A DNA stretch of 32,000 nucleotides from assembly GCA_026625185.1 (NCBI GenBank), contig CP113000.1, positions 1,635,622 to 1,667,621 of the forward strand. Reading direction: 5' to 3'. This stretch comes from Thermodesulfobacteriota bacterium. GTDB lineage: Bacteria > Desulfobacterota > WTBG01 > JAGOGO01. Below the pieces are notes generated by a model. The model was given only the letters and a program-made list of their open reading frames with translations, did no database searches and had not been told where the DNA came from. Position 1 is the first letter of the stretch. The number at the start of each line of letters is the position of its first letter. Below, one piece after another: positions 25,159-32,000 of the stretch. The translations under genes were made by a program, and so were the position numbers.

Positions 25159-25644
25159 ATGGGTTGGTTTAAAAAATCGCCGTGGCTTCTTCATTATAAC
25201 GCGACCAGCTGTAACGGGTGCGATATTGAGATTATTGCCTGCCTGACCCCTTTGTACGATCTGGAGCGGTTTGGTATTATCAACACCGGAAACCCAAAAC
25301 ACGCTGACATCCTGGCGGTCACCGGGTCGGTCAATGAGAAGAGCAAGCAGATTCTGAAAAATCTTTATGATCAAATGCCGAATCCCAAGGTAGTCGTGGC
25401 GGTAGGCCTTTGCGCCATTTCCGGATGCGTTTTTCAGGACTGCTACAATGTGCTGGGAGGAGCCGACAAGGTGTTGCCGGTAGATGTGTATGTTCCGGGA
25501 TGTTCTGCGCGGCCGGAATCGATTATCGACGGAGTACTTCAGGCGTGTGAGATTCTTGAAGAGAAATACGCCCAGCAGAAAAAAGCAAAGCAATCATCAC
25601 CAAAATCACAAACAAATCAACGGCAAGGTTTTAACCATGAGTGA
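25159..25644 (+). CDS. echC: Ech hydrogenase small subunit (NuoB-like, proximal [4Fe-4S])
   Basis: 161 aa. Cysteine ligands are in the canonical context: SCNGCDIE, GLCAISG, PGCSARPE. Confidence 0.9.
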   Translation: MGWFKKSPWLLHYNATSCNGCDIEIIACLTPLYDLERFGIINTGNPKHADILAVTGSVNEKSKQILKNLYDQMPNPKVVVAVGLCAISGCVFQDCYNVLGGADKVLPVDVYVPGCSARPESIIDGVLQACEILEEKYAQQKKAKQSSPKSQTNQRQGFNHE

Positions 25645-26083
25645 ACCGCAGGAAATCATTCTTATCGAAAAAAATAATTTACTGGGAATTGTGTCTGACC
25701 TCTTTGCAGAGGGCTACCGACTTGTGCAGATCGGCTGCACCACACTCCAGAGCGCCTATGAACTTAACTATTCTTTTGATAAAGAGTACCATTTTAAAAA
25801 TCTGCGGTTTACCGTGGCACCGGAAGAAGAGATCCAAAGCATCAGCGTTATCTATCCAAATGCCTTTCTGTATGAAAATGAAATTCATGACCTTTTTGGC
25901 CTTACCATCAAAAACATAACCATTGACTACCAGGGGAAGCTTTACCGAACTGCCCTTAAGGTTCCTTTTAGCATTGAGAATTGTCCGGTGCCCGAGCCCC
26001 CAAAACCAAAGAAAGAAACTCCTCCAGAACCGCCGGAAAGCCAAAAACAAAATTCGGCAGACACTAAACCGCAAGAGGATTAA
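25637..26083 (+). CDS. echD: Ech hydrogenase subunit D (NuoC/30-kDa-like) with a Pro/Lys-rich C-terminal tail
   Basis: 148 aa from MSEPQEIILIEKNN. The start overlaps the echC stop by 8 nt. It has the NuoC-like motif IYPNAFLYENEIHDLFGL. The track's longer ORF (from 25484) is an out-of-frame overlap with echC. Confidence 0.75.
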   Translation: MSEPQEIILIEKNNLLGIVSDLFAEGYRLVQIGCTTLQSAYELNYSFDKEYHFKNLRFTVAPEEEIQSISVIYPNAFLYENEIHDLFGLTIKNITIDYQGKLYRTALKVPFSIENCPVPEPPKPKKETPPEPPESQKQNSADTKPQED

Positions 26084-26097
26084 AGGAGTAAACGTCT

Positions 26098-27177
26098 ATG
26101 GCGCATAAGAATATCATCCCTTTTGGTCCCCAACATCCCGTACTTCCGGAACCGATCCATTTTGATCTCGTAACTGAAGATGAAAAGATTGTTGATGCTA
26201 TCCCTTCGATAAGTTACGTCCACCGCGGGCTGGAACGACTTGTAGAAAAAAGAGATTTTATTGATTTCGTGCATATTGCCGACCGGATTTGCGGCCTGTG
26301 CAGCTTTATGCACTGTATGGGATATTGCCAGGCAGTGGAAGAGGTTATGGGTATCCAGGTGCCGGAACGTGCTCTGTACCTCAGATCCATATGGGCGGAG
26401 CTGGCGCGGATACATAGTCATATCTTCTGGCTCGGTGTTTCTGCCGACGCTTTTGGTTATGAAAGCCTTTTTATGCAATCCTTGCGTCTCCGGGAATTGG
26501 TGCTTGATATCATTGAAGAAACCACCGGCGGAAGGGTCATCTTTGGCTCCTGCAAGGTGGGTGGGGTGAGGAGAGACATCGATAGCGAAACTTTAAAGGG
26601 GCTTGTTGCTAGGTTGACAAATATGAAAGCCGATTTGGATGAACTCACTTCCGTCTTTATTAATGATTATTCCATTCAGCACCGATTGGTGGGGGTAGGA
26701 TTTTTTTCCAAAGAAGATGCCTATACTCTTGGGTGTGTTGGCCCCATGGCCCGGGCGAGCGGTTTCGCTCTTGACATGCGAACTCTTGGGTATGCTGCCT
26801 ATAAGTTCCTGGAGATAGAACCGGTCGTGGAATACGGGGGAGACTGTTATGCCCGATGCCTCGTGCGAATTCGGGAAATTTTCCAATCCATGGATTTAAT
26901 CCGTCAGGCAGCCGGAAAAATTTCCGAAGGGCCTATTGATGTCAAGGTGAAGGGCACGCCGAATGGCGAGTATTTTTCCCGGGTCGAACAGCCTCGGGGT
27001 GAAGTGATTCATTACGTCAAAGGGAATGGTTCAAAATTTCTCCAGCGGTTCCGGGTGAGAGTCCCAACATTCACCAATATCCCAGGGATGATCAAAGTAT
27101 TGAAAGGTTCTCAGGTGGCTGATGTCCCGAATATTATTTTGACCTTGGATCCGTGTATCAGCTGCACAGAAAGGTAA
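26098..27177 (+). CDS. echE: Ech [NiFe] hydrogenase large subunit (NuoD-like)
   Basis: 359 aa with an AGGAG SD. Both Ni-Fe ligand pairs are present: N-terminal RICGLCSFMH and C-terminal DPCISCTER. The protein ends right after the second motif, as in Ech/Mbh-type enzymes. Confidence 0.9.
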   Translation: MAHKNIIPFGPQHPVLPEPIHFDLVTEDEKIVDAIPSISYVHRGLERLVEKRDFIDFVHIADRICGLCSFMHCMGYCQAVEEVMGIQVPERALYLRSIWAELARIHSHIFWLGVSADAFGYESLFMQSLRLRELVLDIIEETTGGRVIFGSCKVGGVRRDIDSETLKGLVARLTNMKADLDELTSVFINDYSIQHRLVGVGFFSKEDAYTLGCVGPMARASGFALDMRTLGYAAYKFLEIEPVVEYGGDCYARCLVRIREIFQSMDLIRQAAGKISEGPIDVKVKGTPNGEYFSRVEQPRGEVIHYVKGNGSKFLQRFRVRVPTFTNIPGMIKVLKGSQVADVPNIILTLDPCISCTER

Positions 27178-27189
27178 GGCAATAAGAAC

Positions 27190-27582
27190 ATGAGATCGTT
27201 TACTATGACAAAAACGGTGGTCAAGAACCTGGTCAAGGGACCCGCAACCCTCATGTACCCGAAAAAAAAGAGGTTTTTTACTAAGATTACCAGGGGAAGC
27301 GTAGAAATTGATATCCAGAAATGCATTTTCTGCGGGATATGCAGCAAACGGTGTCCAACCTACGCCATTGTTGTCACCAAAGTCACCAAAGAATGCAAAG
27401 AATGGGAGATCGACCGCCTCAAATGCTGCGCCTGCAATCTTTGTGTTGAAGTCTGTCCGAAAAAGTGTCTCTCGATGACCAACCAGTATACCCCGCCAGC
27501 AAGAGATAGAACGGCAGGGATCCATAAACAAATTTTCACCGGCCCTGAAATCCTTACGGGAAAGGAAGAGGAGCATTCCTAA
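27190..27582 (+). CDS. echF: Ech hydrogenase subunit F (NuoI-like 2x[4Fe-4S] ferredoxin-type subunit)
   Basis: 130 aa with two cluster motifs, CIFCGICSKRCP and CCACNLCVEVCP. The start could instead be the ATG at 27205. Confidence 0.85.
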   Translation: MRSFTMTKTVVKNLVKGPATLMYPKKKRFFTKITRGSVEIDIQKCIFCGICSKRCPTYAIVVTKVTKECKEWEIDRLKCCACNLCVEVCPKKCLSMTNQYTPPARDRTAGIHKQIFTGPEILTGKEEEHS

Positions 27583-27689
27583 CAGGGCCAGAATTAAAGA
27601 AATTATTTGCAAATCAATTAAATATATTTTAAAATTGCAAAATAAAACTGTTATCAAAAACTGGCTAAGAAGAAGCAAGGGGAAAAACA

Positions 27690-27884
27690 ATGGCAAAAAC
27701 GGTGGTTATCGATACGCCCGAATGCACGGCATGCGGAACCTGTGTGGAGATATGTCCGGAAGTTTTTGCACTTGAGGATGGAGCTGAGGCTGCGACCGTA
27801 ATCCAACCCACCGGCGGGCCGGAAGACTCTATCCAGGAGGCGATTGGTAGCTGCCCTACCTCGTGTATTCACTGGCAGGATTAG
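27690..27884 (+). CDS. Small single-cluster ferredoxin (64 aa)
   Basis: CTACGTCVEICP ... CPTSCI. Its size and Cys spacing resemble monocluster ferredoxins of Pyrococcus and Desulfovibrio. A GGGGAAAAACA stretch precedes the ATG. Confidence 0.85.
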   Translation: MAKTVVIDTPECTACGTCVEICPEVFALEDGAEAATVIQPTGGPEDSIQEAIGSCPTSCIHWQD

Positions 27885-27913
27885 TTCCCGGACTGTCTTT
27901 TTTTCTTAATAAT

Positions 27914-28072
27914 CTTACCTTCAATCTTGGGCGTGTGCTGGTTGTGTTTTTGTCTATCCTTATTACCGGCCAGGTTACCGGTGACGGAGAATCAAATTGG
28001 CTCAAAGGAGTGCAGCTCCTTGCGGTCTATGTGATTTTAGGTATTGTTTTCTTTTTTAGTGTCGGAGAATGA
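27914..28072 (+). pseudogene. C-terminal remnant of a CaCA-family Ca2+/H+ antiporter (cax/chaA-like), last ~50 codons only
   Basis: The translation ...LTFNLGRVLVVFLSILITGQVTGDGESNWLKGVQLLAVYVILGIVFFF matches the highly conserved last TM region of CAX/ChaA proteins (..DGESNWLEG.QLL..Y.I....FF). The ~300 upstream codons expected for such a protein are absent, because the ferredoxin gene ends at 27884. Confidence 0.5.
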
Positions 28073-28116
28073 TTAAAACAAACAATGAGGAAACCCATTT
28101 ATTTTGGTTATGACTC

Positions 28117-28800
28117 ATGAAATGGGCAGATAATTTTTTCGGATACTTCCGAAGAATCCGTTTTATTTTTCTCTTTTTCTTCCTGCTGCTTTGCATCGGC
28201 ATAATGCCTCTTTTGACCGAGTGGGGGTTCGGCTATGTATCAGAAATTTTACAGGTGATTCTTGCCCTCACCCTCATCGCCTCCTTGATCACCATTGTTA
28301 GGGAGCGTCTCTTGTCTGGTTTATTTGTCATTGTATTTGTGATGGCGGTTCTTAAGTTGTTGTATCTTTTGCTTCATTTCAATGTTTTCCTGCCTACGAG
28401 TCAAGGGCTCCAGGTATTTTTTTGTTTGATAGCGGTCGTCCTGATTTTACGGTTTATCATGCAGGTGAAAACGGTCGATAACGATGTTGTTTTTGCTGCG
28501 TTAAGCGTTTATCTTTTATTCGGTCTCATTTTTGGTTTCATTTATTTCATGGTAGAAGGACTGTCGCCCGGTTCTCTTGTCCACAACGTGACAAGCGCTT
28601 CTCTTGAAGGAGGTATCCGCTTAAGTCAAGCCGTTTATTTCAGTTTCGTTACCCTCGCGACATTAGGGTATGGTGATATAATACCAGCGAACGACATAAT
28701 AAGGTCCCTGGCAATCATACAAACAATGTGCGGTCAGGTTTATCTGGTGGTATTGGTTGCCCGTCTGGTAACCCTTTATGGAGGGTCTTATAAACGATAA
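28117..28800 (+). CDS. Potassium-channel family protein (pore loop TLGYGD), no RCK domain
   Basis: 227 aa with multiple TM helices. The selectivity filter reads FSFVTLATLGYGDIIP. Confidence 0.8.
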   Translation: MKWADNFFGYFRRIRFIFLFFFLLLCIGIMPLLTEWGFGYVSEILQVILALTLIASLITIVRERLLSGLFVIVFVMAVLKLLYLLLHFNVFLPTSQGLQVFFCLIAVVLILRFIMQVKTVDNDVVFAALSVYLLFGLIFGFIYFMVEGLSPGSLVHNVTSASLEGGIRLSQAVYFSFVTLATLGYGDIIPANDIIRSLAIIQTMCGQVYLVVLVARLVTLYGGSYKR

Positions 28801-28876
28801 AAAAATAAAGAGACCTTTTAAGAATCGCTCGTAATGAGTGATTAGGATAATCACCTATAGTTTTGAGGTTAACAAA

Positions 28877-30091
28877 ATGAAATCATTTCCCGTCACGCGT
28901 TCTTCTTTTTTGTTTGTATTCCTAATTATTTTTTATTTGGTGGGTTCTTTTTTTGCCGGCTGCAAAAAAAGCCCTCAGACCGGGTCTCCACCGCCAGACG
29001 TTGAAGTCGTTTCGGTTCAGCAAAAGGATGTTCCTATTTATACTGAGTGGGTTGGCACAATGGATGGATTGGTGAATGCCACCATCCGGGCCCAGGTTTC
29101 GGGTTATCTCATCAAACAGAACTACCAGGAAGGCGAATTGGTCAGAAAAGGGCAGGTGCTCTTTGAAATCGATCCGCGATCGTTCCAGGCGGCGTTGGCG
29201 CAGGCTCAAGGGGAACTCGCCCGGCAGGAGGCAGCTCATGAGAATGCGAGCCTCACTTTAGCGAGAGTAAAACCCCTTGCGGAGCAGAATGCGCTGAGCA
29301 AAAGAGACCTTGACAACGCAACGAGCACCGAACTGGCGACTCAGGCATCAGTTTTCGCTGCCAAGGCAGCAGTGCAAAAGGCGGAGTTGGATCTTGAATT
29401 CACGCGGATCACCTCCCCTATTGACGGCATCGCGGGGATTGCCAAAGCCCAGCTTGGCAACCTAGTGGGACCGGGAGCAAGCGAGGAATTGACCACCGTT
29501 TCCACCGTTGATCCTATCAAGGTTTACATTCAGTTGAGCGAACAACAGTATTTGAAAAGCAGACAAGCACTGGAGGCGCGCGAGGCGCAAGCCCGAGAGG
29601 TTCCTCTTCAACTAATTCTTGCGGACGGGAGTGTATACCCTCACCAGGGGCAATTCTCCCTGGCAGACCGTCAGGTGGATGTGACCACGGGAACGCTTAA
29701 GGTCGCCACCCTCTTCCCTAATCCGGGGAATCTCCTCCGTCCAGGCCAGTTTGGTCGGGTCTGCGCACAATTGGAAGTTAAGAAAGGTGCGCTGCTCGTG
29801 CCCCAGCGGGCTGTAACGGAAATGCAAGGAAAATATCTAGTCGCGGTCATAGAGAAGGACAATAAGGTCGATGTCAGGCCGGTGCAGGTCGCGGAGAAAA
29901 TAAGTTCGGACGTCATAATTTCCCAGGGGCTGAAATTCGGCGAGAAAGTTGTGGCTGAGGGAATACAGAAGGTAAAATCGGGACAAATGGTTATTCCCAA
30001 GCCTTTCGCTCCCGAGAAACCGACTGTCGCTTCGGGAGATTCCGGTAGGACGGAGGCGAAACCTTCCCCGGCTCCAATGAAAAAGAGGTAA
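28877..30091 (+). CDS. RND efflux periplasmic adaptor (membrane fusion) lipoprotein
   Basis: Starts at MKSFPVTRSS... with lipobox FFAGC. It shows the typical AcrA/MexA pattern: ..V.GYL....Y.EG..V.KGQVLFEIDPR.FQAAL..A...L, then LEFTRITSPIDG. The track's start at 28838 adds 13 unlikely residues. Confidence 0.85.
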   Translation: MKSFPVTRSSFLFVFLIIFYLVGSFFAGCKKSPQTGSPPPDVEVVSVQQKDVPIYTEWVGTMDGLVNATIRAQVSGYLIKQNYQEGELVRKGQVLFEIDPRSFQAALAQAQGELARQEAAHENASLTLARVKPLAEQNALSKRDLDNATSTELATQASVFAAKAAVQKAELDLEFTRITSPIDGIAGIAKAQLGNLVGPGASEELTTVSTVDPIKVYIQLSEQQYLKSRQALEAREAQAREVPLQLILADGSVYPHQGQFSLADRQVDVTTGTLKVATLFPNPGNLLRPGQFGRVCAQLEVKKGALLVPQRAVTEMQGKYLVAVIEKDNKVDVRPVQVAEKISSDVIISQGLKFGEKVVAEGIQKVKSGQMVIPKPFAPEKPTVASGDSGRTEAKPSPAPMKKR

Positions 30092-30097
30092 GGCACT

Positions 30098-32000
30098 ATG
30101 TCGAAGTTCTTCATCAACAGACCAATCGTGGCCATGGTCATTTCCATACTGATGGTCATCGTCGGCCTCGTCGCTGCTACGGGGCTCCCCATCGCTCAGT
30201 TCCCGAACATTGTTCCTCCGGCGATCCAAGTAAACGCTACTTACACCGGGGCTGACGCCCTTACTGTTGAGCAGTCGGTTGCCACGCCCATCGAGCAGCA
30301 GATGTCCGGGGTCGACAACCTGGACTACATGTACTCCATCAACACCAACAACGGGATGATGACCCTTTACAACTACTTCAACCTGAAAACCGAGGCCAAC
30401 ACCGACCAGATTCTCTCCCAGATGCGGCAGAATCAGGCACAGTCGCAGCTTCCCAAGGATGTCGTTGATTATGGGGTGACGGTGCAGAAATCCACCTCGT
30501 CGCCCCTCATCATGTTCGCCCTTTACTCCCCCAACGGGACCTACGATGCCGTCTTCCTCGCAAACTATTCCTACATCAACATCAACGACCAGATGACCCG
30601 GATCAAGGGGATCGCCAGCGTCACGGTATACGGTGTCGGCCAATACGCCATGCGGCTCTGGGTCAAGCCGGACCAGCTCGCCAAGTTAAACATCACTATT
30701 CCGGAGATCATGAACGCGGTCAAGGCCCAGAATACCGTCAACCCATCAGGCATGGTGGGCGCCGAGCCGGTACCGAAAGGCCAGGAGTTTACCTACTCCG
30801 TTCGGTCCCAGGGAAGACTCCAGACCGAGGAGCAGTTCGGTGACATCGTGCTCCGTGCTAATCCCGACGGCTCCATTGTCAGGGTCAGGGACGTGGCGCG
30901 CATCGCGCTGGGGTCCCAGACTTACAACGTGCAAAGTCGCTTCAACGGCAAGCCGTGCGCCCTCATCGCCCTCTTCCAGATGCCTGGAACCAACGCTCTG
31001 GATGCCGCCAACGGCACCAAAAAGCTGATGGAGGAGCTGAAGAAGAGCTTCCCGCCCGATCTAGACTATGAGGTAACGCTGGATACCACTTTGGCAGTTA
31101 CTGAAGGAATGCAGGAGATGAAAAAGACCTTTTTCGAGGCTCTCTTCCTCGTTGTTCTGGTCGTCTTCGTCTTCCTCCAGGGGTGGCGGGCGACCCTTAT
31201 TCCGCTCCTGGCAGTACCGGTCTCGTTGGTGGGGACCTTTGCGGTCTTTCCCCTCCTCGGCTTTTCGATCAATACGCTGTCCCTCTTCGGCCTTATCCTC
31301 GCTATTGGCCTGGTAGTGGACGATGCCATCGTCGTGGTTGAGGCCGTGGAGCACCACATTGAGCACGGCCTCTCGCCCAAGGATGCGGCACTCAAGGCCA
31401 TGGAGGAGGTCTCAGGCCCGGTCATCGCCATTGCCATTATTCTCGCGGCGGTCTTTGTCCCGACCGCCTTCATCCCCGGCATCACCGGCCAGCTTTACCA
31501 GCAGTTCGCGGTGACCATCGCTGTCTCGGTAATCCTCTCCGCTTTCAACGCCCTCTCCCTCTCCCCGGCGCTCTGCGCGCTGCTGCTGAAGCCCAAGAAG
31601 AAGGGTGCCGGTCCGCTCCAGAAGTTCTACGACTGGTTCAACCGGGTCTTCGGCCGGGCCACCGACGGCTACGTGGGAATCTGCGGCGTCGCCGTTCGGA
31701 AGAGTTTAATTAGCTTCCTCTTATTAGGGGGGGTCACGGTCCTGGCTGGGGTATCGGGCAAAGCCATCCCCACCAGCTTCCTCCCGGACGAGGACCAAGG
31801 GTTCATCTTTGCCGGCGTGCAGCTGCCCGACGCCGCCTCGCTCCAGCGGACCCGCGAGGTAGCCCGGCAGGCCGAAGAAATCATCATGAAGACCCCGGGC
31901 GTCAATTACTGCTCCTCGATTATCGGTTACAACATGCTCAGCCAGGTGCAGAACACTTATAGCGCTTTCTTCTTCATTTCCCTTGAGGAATGGTCCACTC
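30098..32000 (+). CDS. RND (AcrB/MexB-type) efflux permease; N-terminal ~634 aa present, continues beyond the window
   Basis: Missing from the ORF track because it has no in-window stop. My translation from the ATG at 30098 reads MSKFFINRPIVAMVISILMVIVGLVAATGLPIAQFPNIVPPAIQVNATYTGADALTVEQSVATPIEQQMSGVDN..., a textbook RND N-terminus. It lies 6 nt after the adaptor gene. Confidence 0.9.
   Translation, partial: MSKFFINRPIVAMVISILMVIVGLVAATGLPIAQFPNIVPPAIQVNATYTGADALTVEQSVATPIEQQMSGVDNLDYMYSINTNNGMMTLYNYFNLKTEANTDQILSQMRQNQAQSQLPKDVVDYGVTVQKSTSSPLIMFALYSPNGTYDAVFLANYSYININDQMTRIKGIASVTVYGVGQYAMRLWVKPDQLAKLNITIPEIMNAVKAQNTVNPSGMVGAEPVPKGQEFTYSVRSQGRLQTEEQFGDIVLRANPDGSIVRVRDVARIALGSQTYNVQSRFNGKPCALIALFQMPGTNALDAANGTKKLMEELKKSFPPDLDYEVTLDTTLAVTEGMQEMKKTFFEALFLVVLVVFVFLQGWRATLIPLLAVPVSLVGTFAVFPLLGFSINTLSLFGLILAIGLVVDDAIVVVEAVEHHIEHGLSPKDAALKAMEEVSGPVIAIAIILAAVFVPTAFIPGITGQLYQQFAVTIAVSVILSAFNALSLSPALCALLLKPKKKGAGPLQKFYDWFNRVFGRATDGYVGICGVAVRKSLISFLLLGGVTVLAGVSGKAIPTSFLPDEDQGFIFAGVQLPDAASLQRTREVARQAEEIIMKTPGVNYCSSIIGYNMLSQVQNTYSAFFFISLEEWST

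Noticed and set aside
25484-25636. The N-terminal 51 codons of the track's 199-aa echD ORF, and similar 5' extensions of pqiB (to 7507), the permease (to 3966), aor (17844), the four-helix-bundle gene (14096) and the adaptor (28838)
   Set aside because: The extensions overlap the upstream genes or lack an RBS. Internal starts with good SD sequences give N-termini that fit the protein families.
25980-26083. Pro/Lys/Glu-rich C-terminal tail of EchD (PVPEPPKPKKETPPEPPESQKQNSADTKPQED) and the Gln/Lys-rich tail of EchC
   Set aside because: These are low-complexity tails that could be linkers or disordered regions. The sequence alone gives no specific functional inference.
29671-31485. Minus-strand ORFs 29671..30192, 29837..30643, 31061..31366 and 31066..31485
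   Set aside because: They are antisense to the clearly recognisable RND adaptor and permease genes, and their translations are low complexity.
1-32000. Search for mobile-element hallmarks, defence systems, toxin-antitoxin pairs and prophage genes
   Set aside because: No integrase, transposase, recombinase, tRNA, nuclease/helicase defence gene or small paired ORF was recognisable. The only hints of mobility are the repeat-armed four-helix-bundle cassette and the cax stub, both reported above.

Overview
The window looks like chromosome from an anaerobe, possibly Desulfobacterota-like (inference only). I saw no rRNA, tRNA, CRISPR array, transposase or integrase. It contains about 30 genes in five blocks. 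(1) Minus strand, 1-4982: a GH63-like glucosidase that is truncated at the window edge and missing from the ORF track, an ArsB/NhaD-type permease, and an orphan amino-acid-type binding protein. (2) Minus strand, 5226-8750: a complete pqiABC MCE envelope lipid-transport operon, followed by a DUF3313 protein and an ABM-fold protein. (3) Plus strand, 10709-17088: a PAS-PAS sigma54 enhancer-binding protein, then a candidate -24/-12 promoter and a second MCE system driven by an ABC transporter (STAS-MlaE fusion, MlaF, single-MCE protein, PqiC-like lipoprotein). This operon is interrupted by a 23S-rRNA-IVS-family four-helix-bundle gene flanked by heptad-phased inverted repeats, and by a second palindrome of octamer repeats that has no ORF. 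(4) Plus strand, 17865-27884, the most interesting block: tungsten-type aldehyde:ferredoxin oxidoreductase, a MoaD-like GG protein hidden in the ORF track, a single-polypeptide EutB-EutC ethanolamine ammonia-lyase with a Sec-like N-terminus, a complete six-subunit Ech [NiFe] hydrogenase (echABCDEF), and a small ferredoxin. I read this as a microcompartment-free route from ethanolamine to acetate + NH3 + H2 that conserves energy chemiosmotically. (5) 27914-32000: a Ca2+/H+ antiporter remnant, a K+ channel, and an RND efflux pair whose permease is truncated at the window edge and missing from the ORF track. Other unexplained structure includes a 190-bp inverted-repeat element with four GTCCCGC hairpins at 10057-10244 and several operator-like palindromes.
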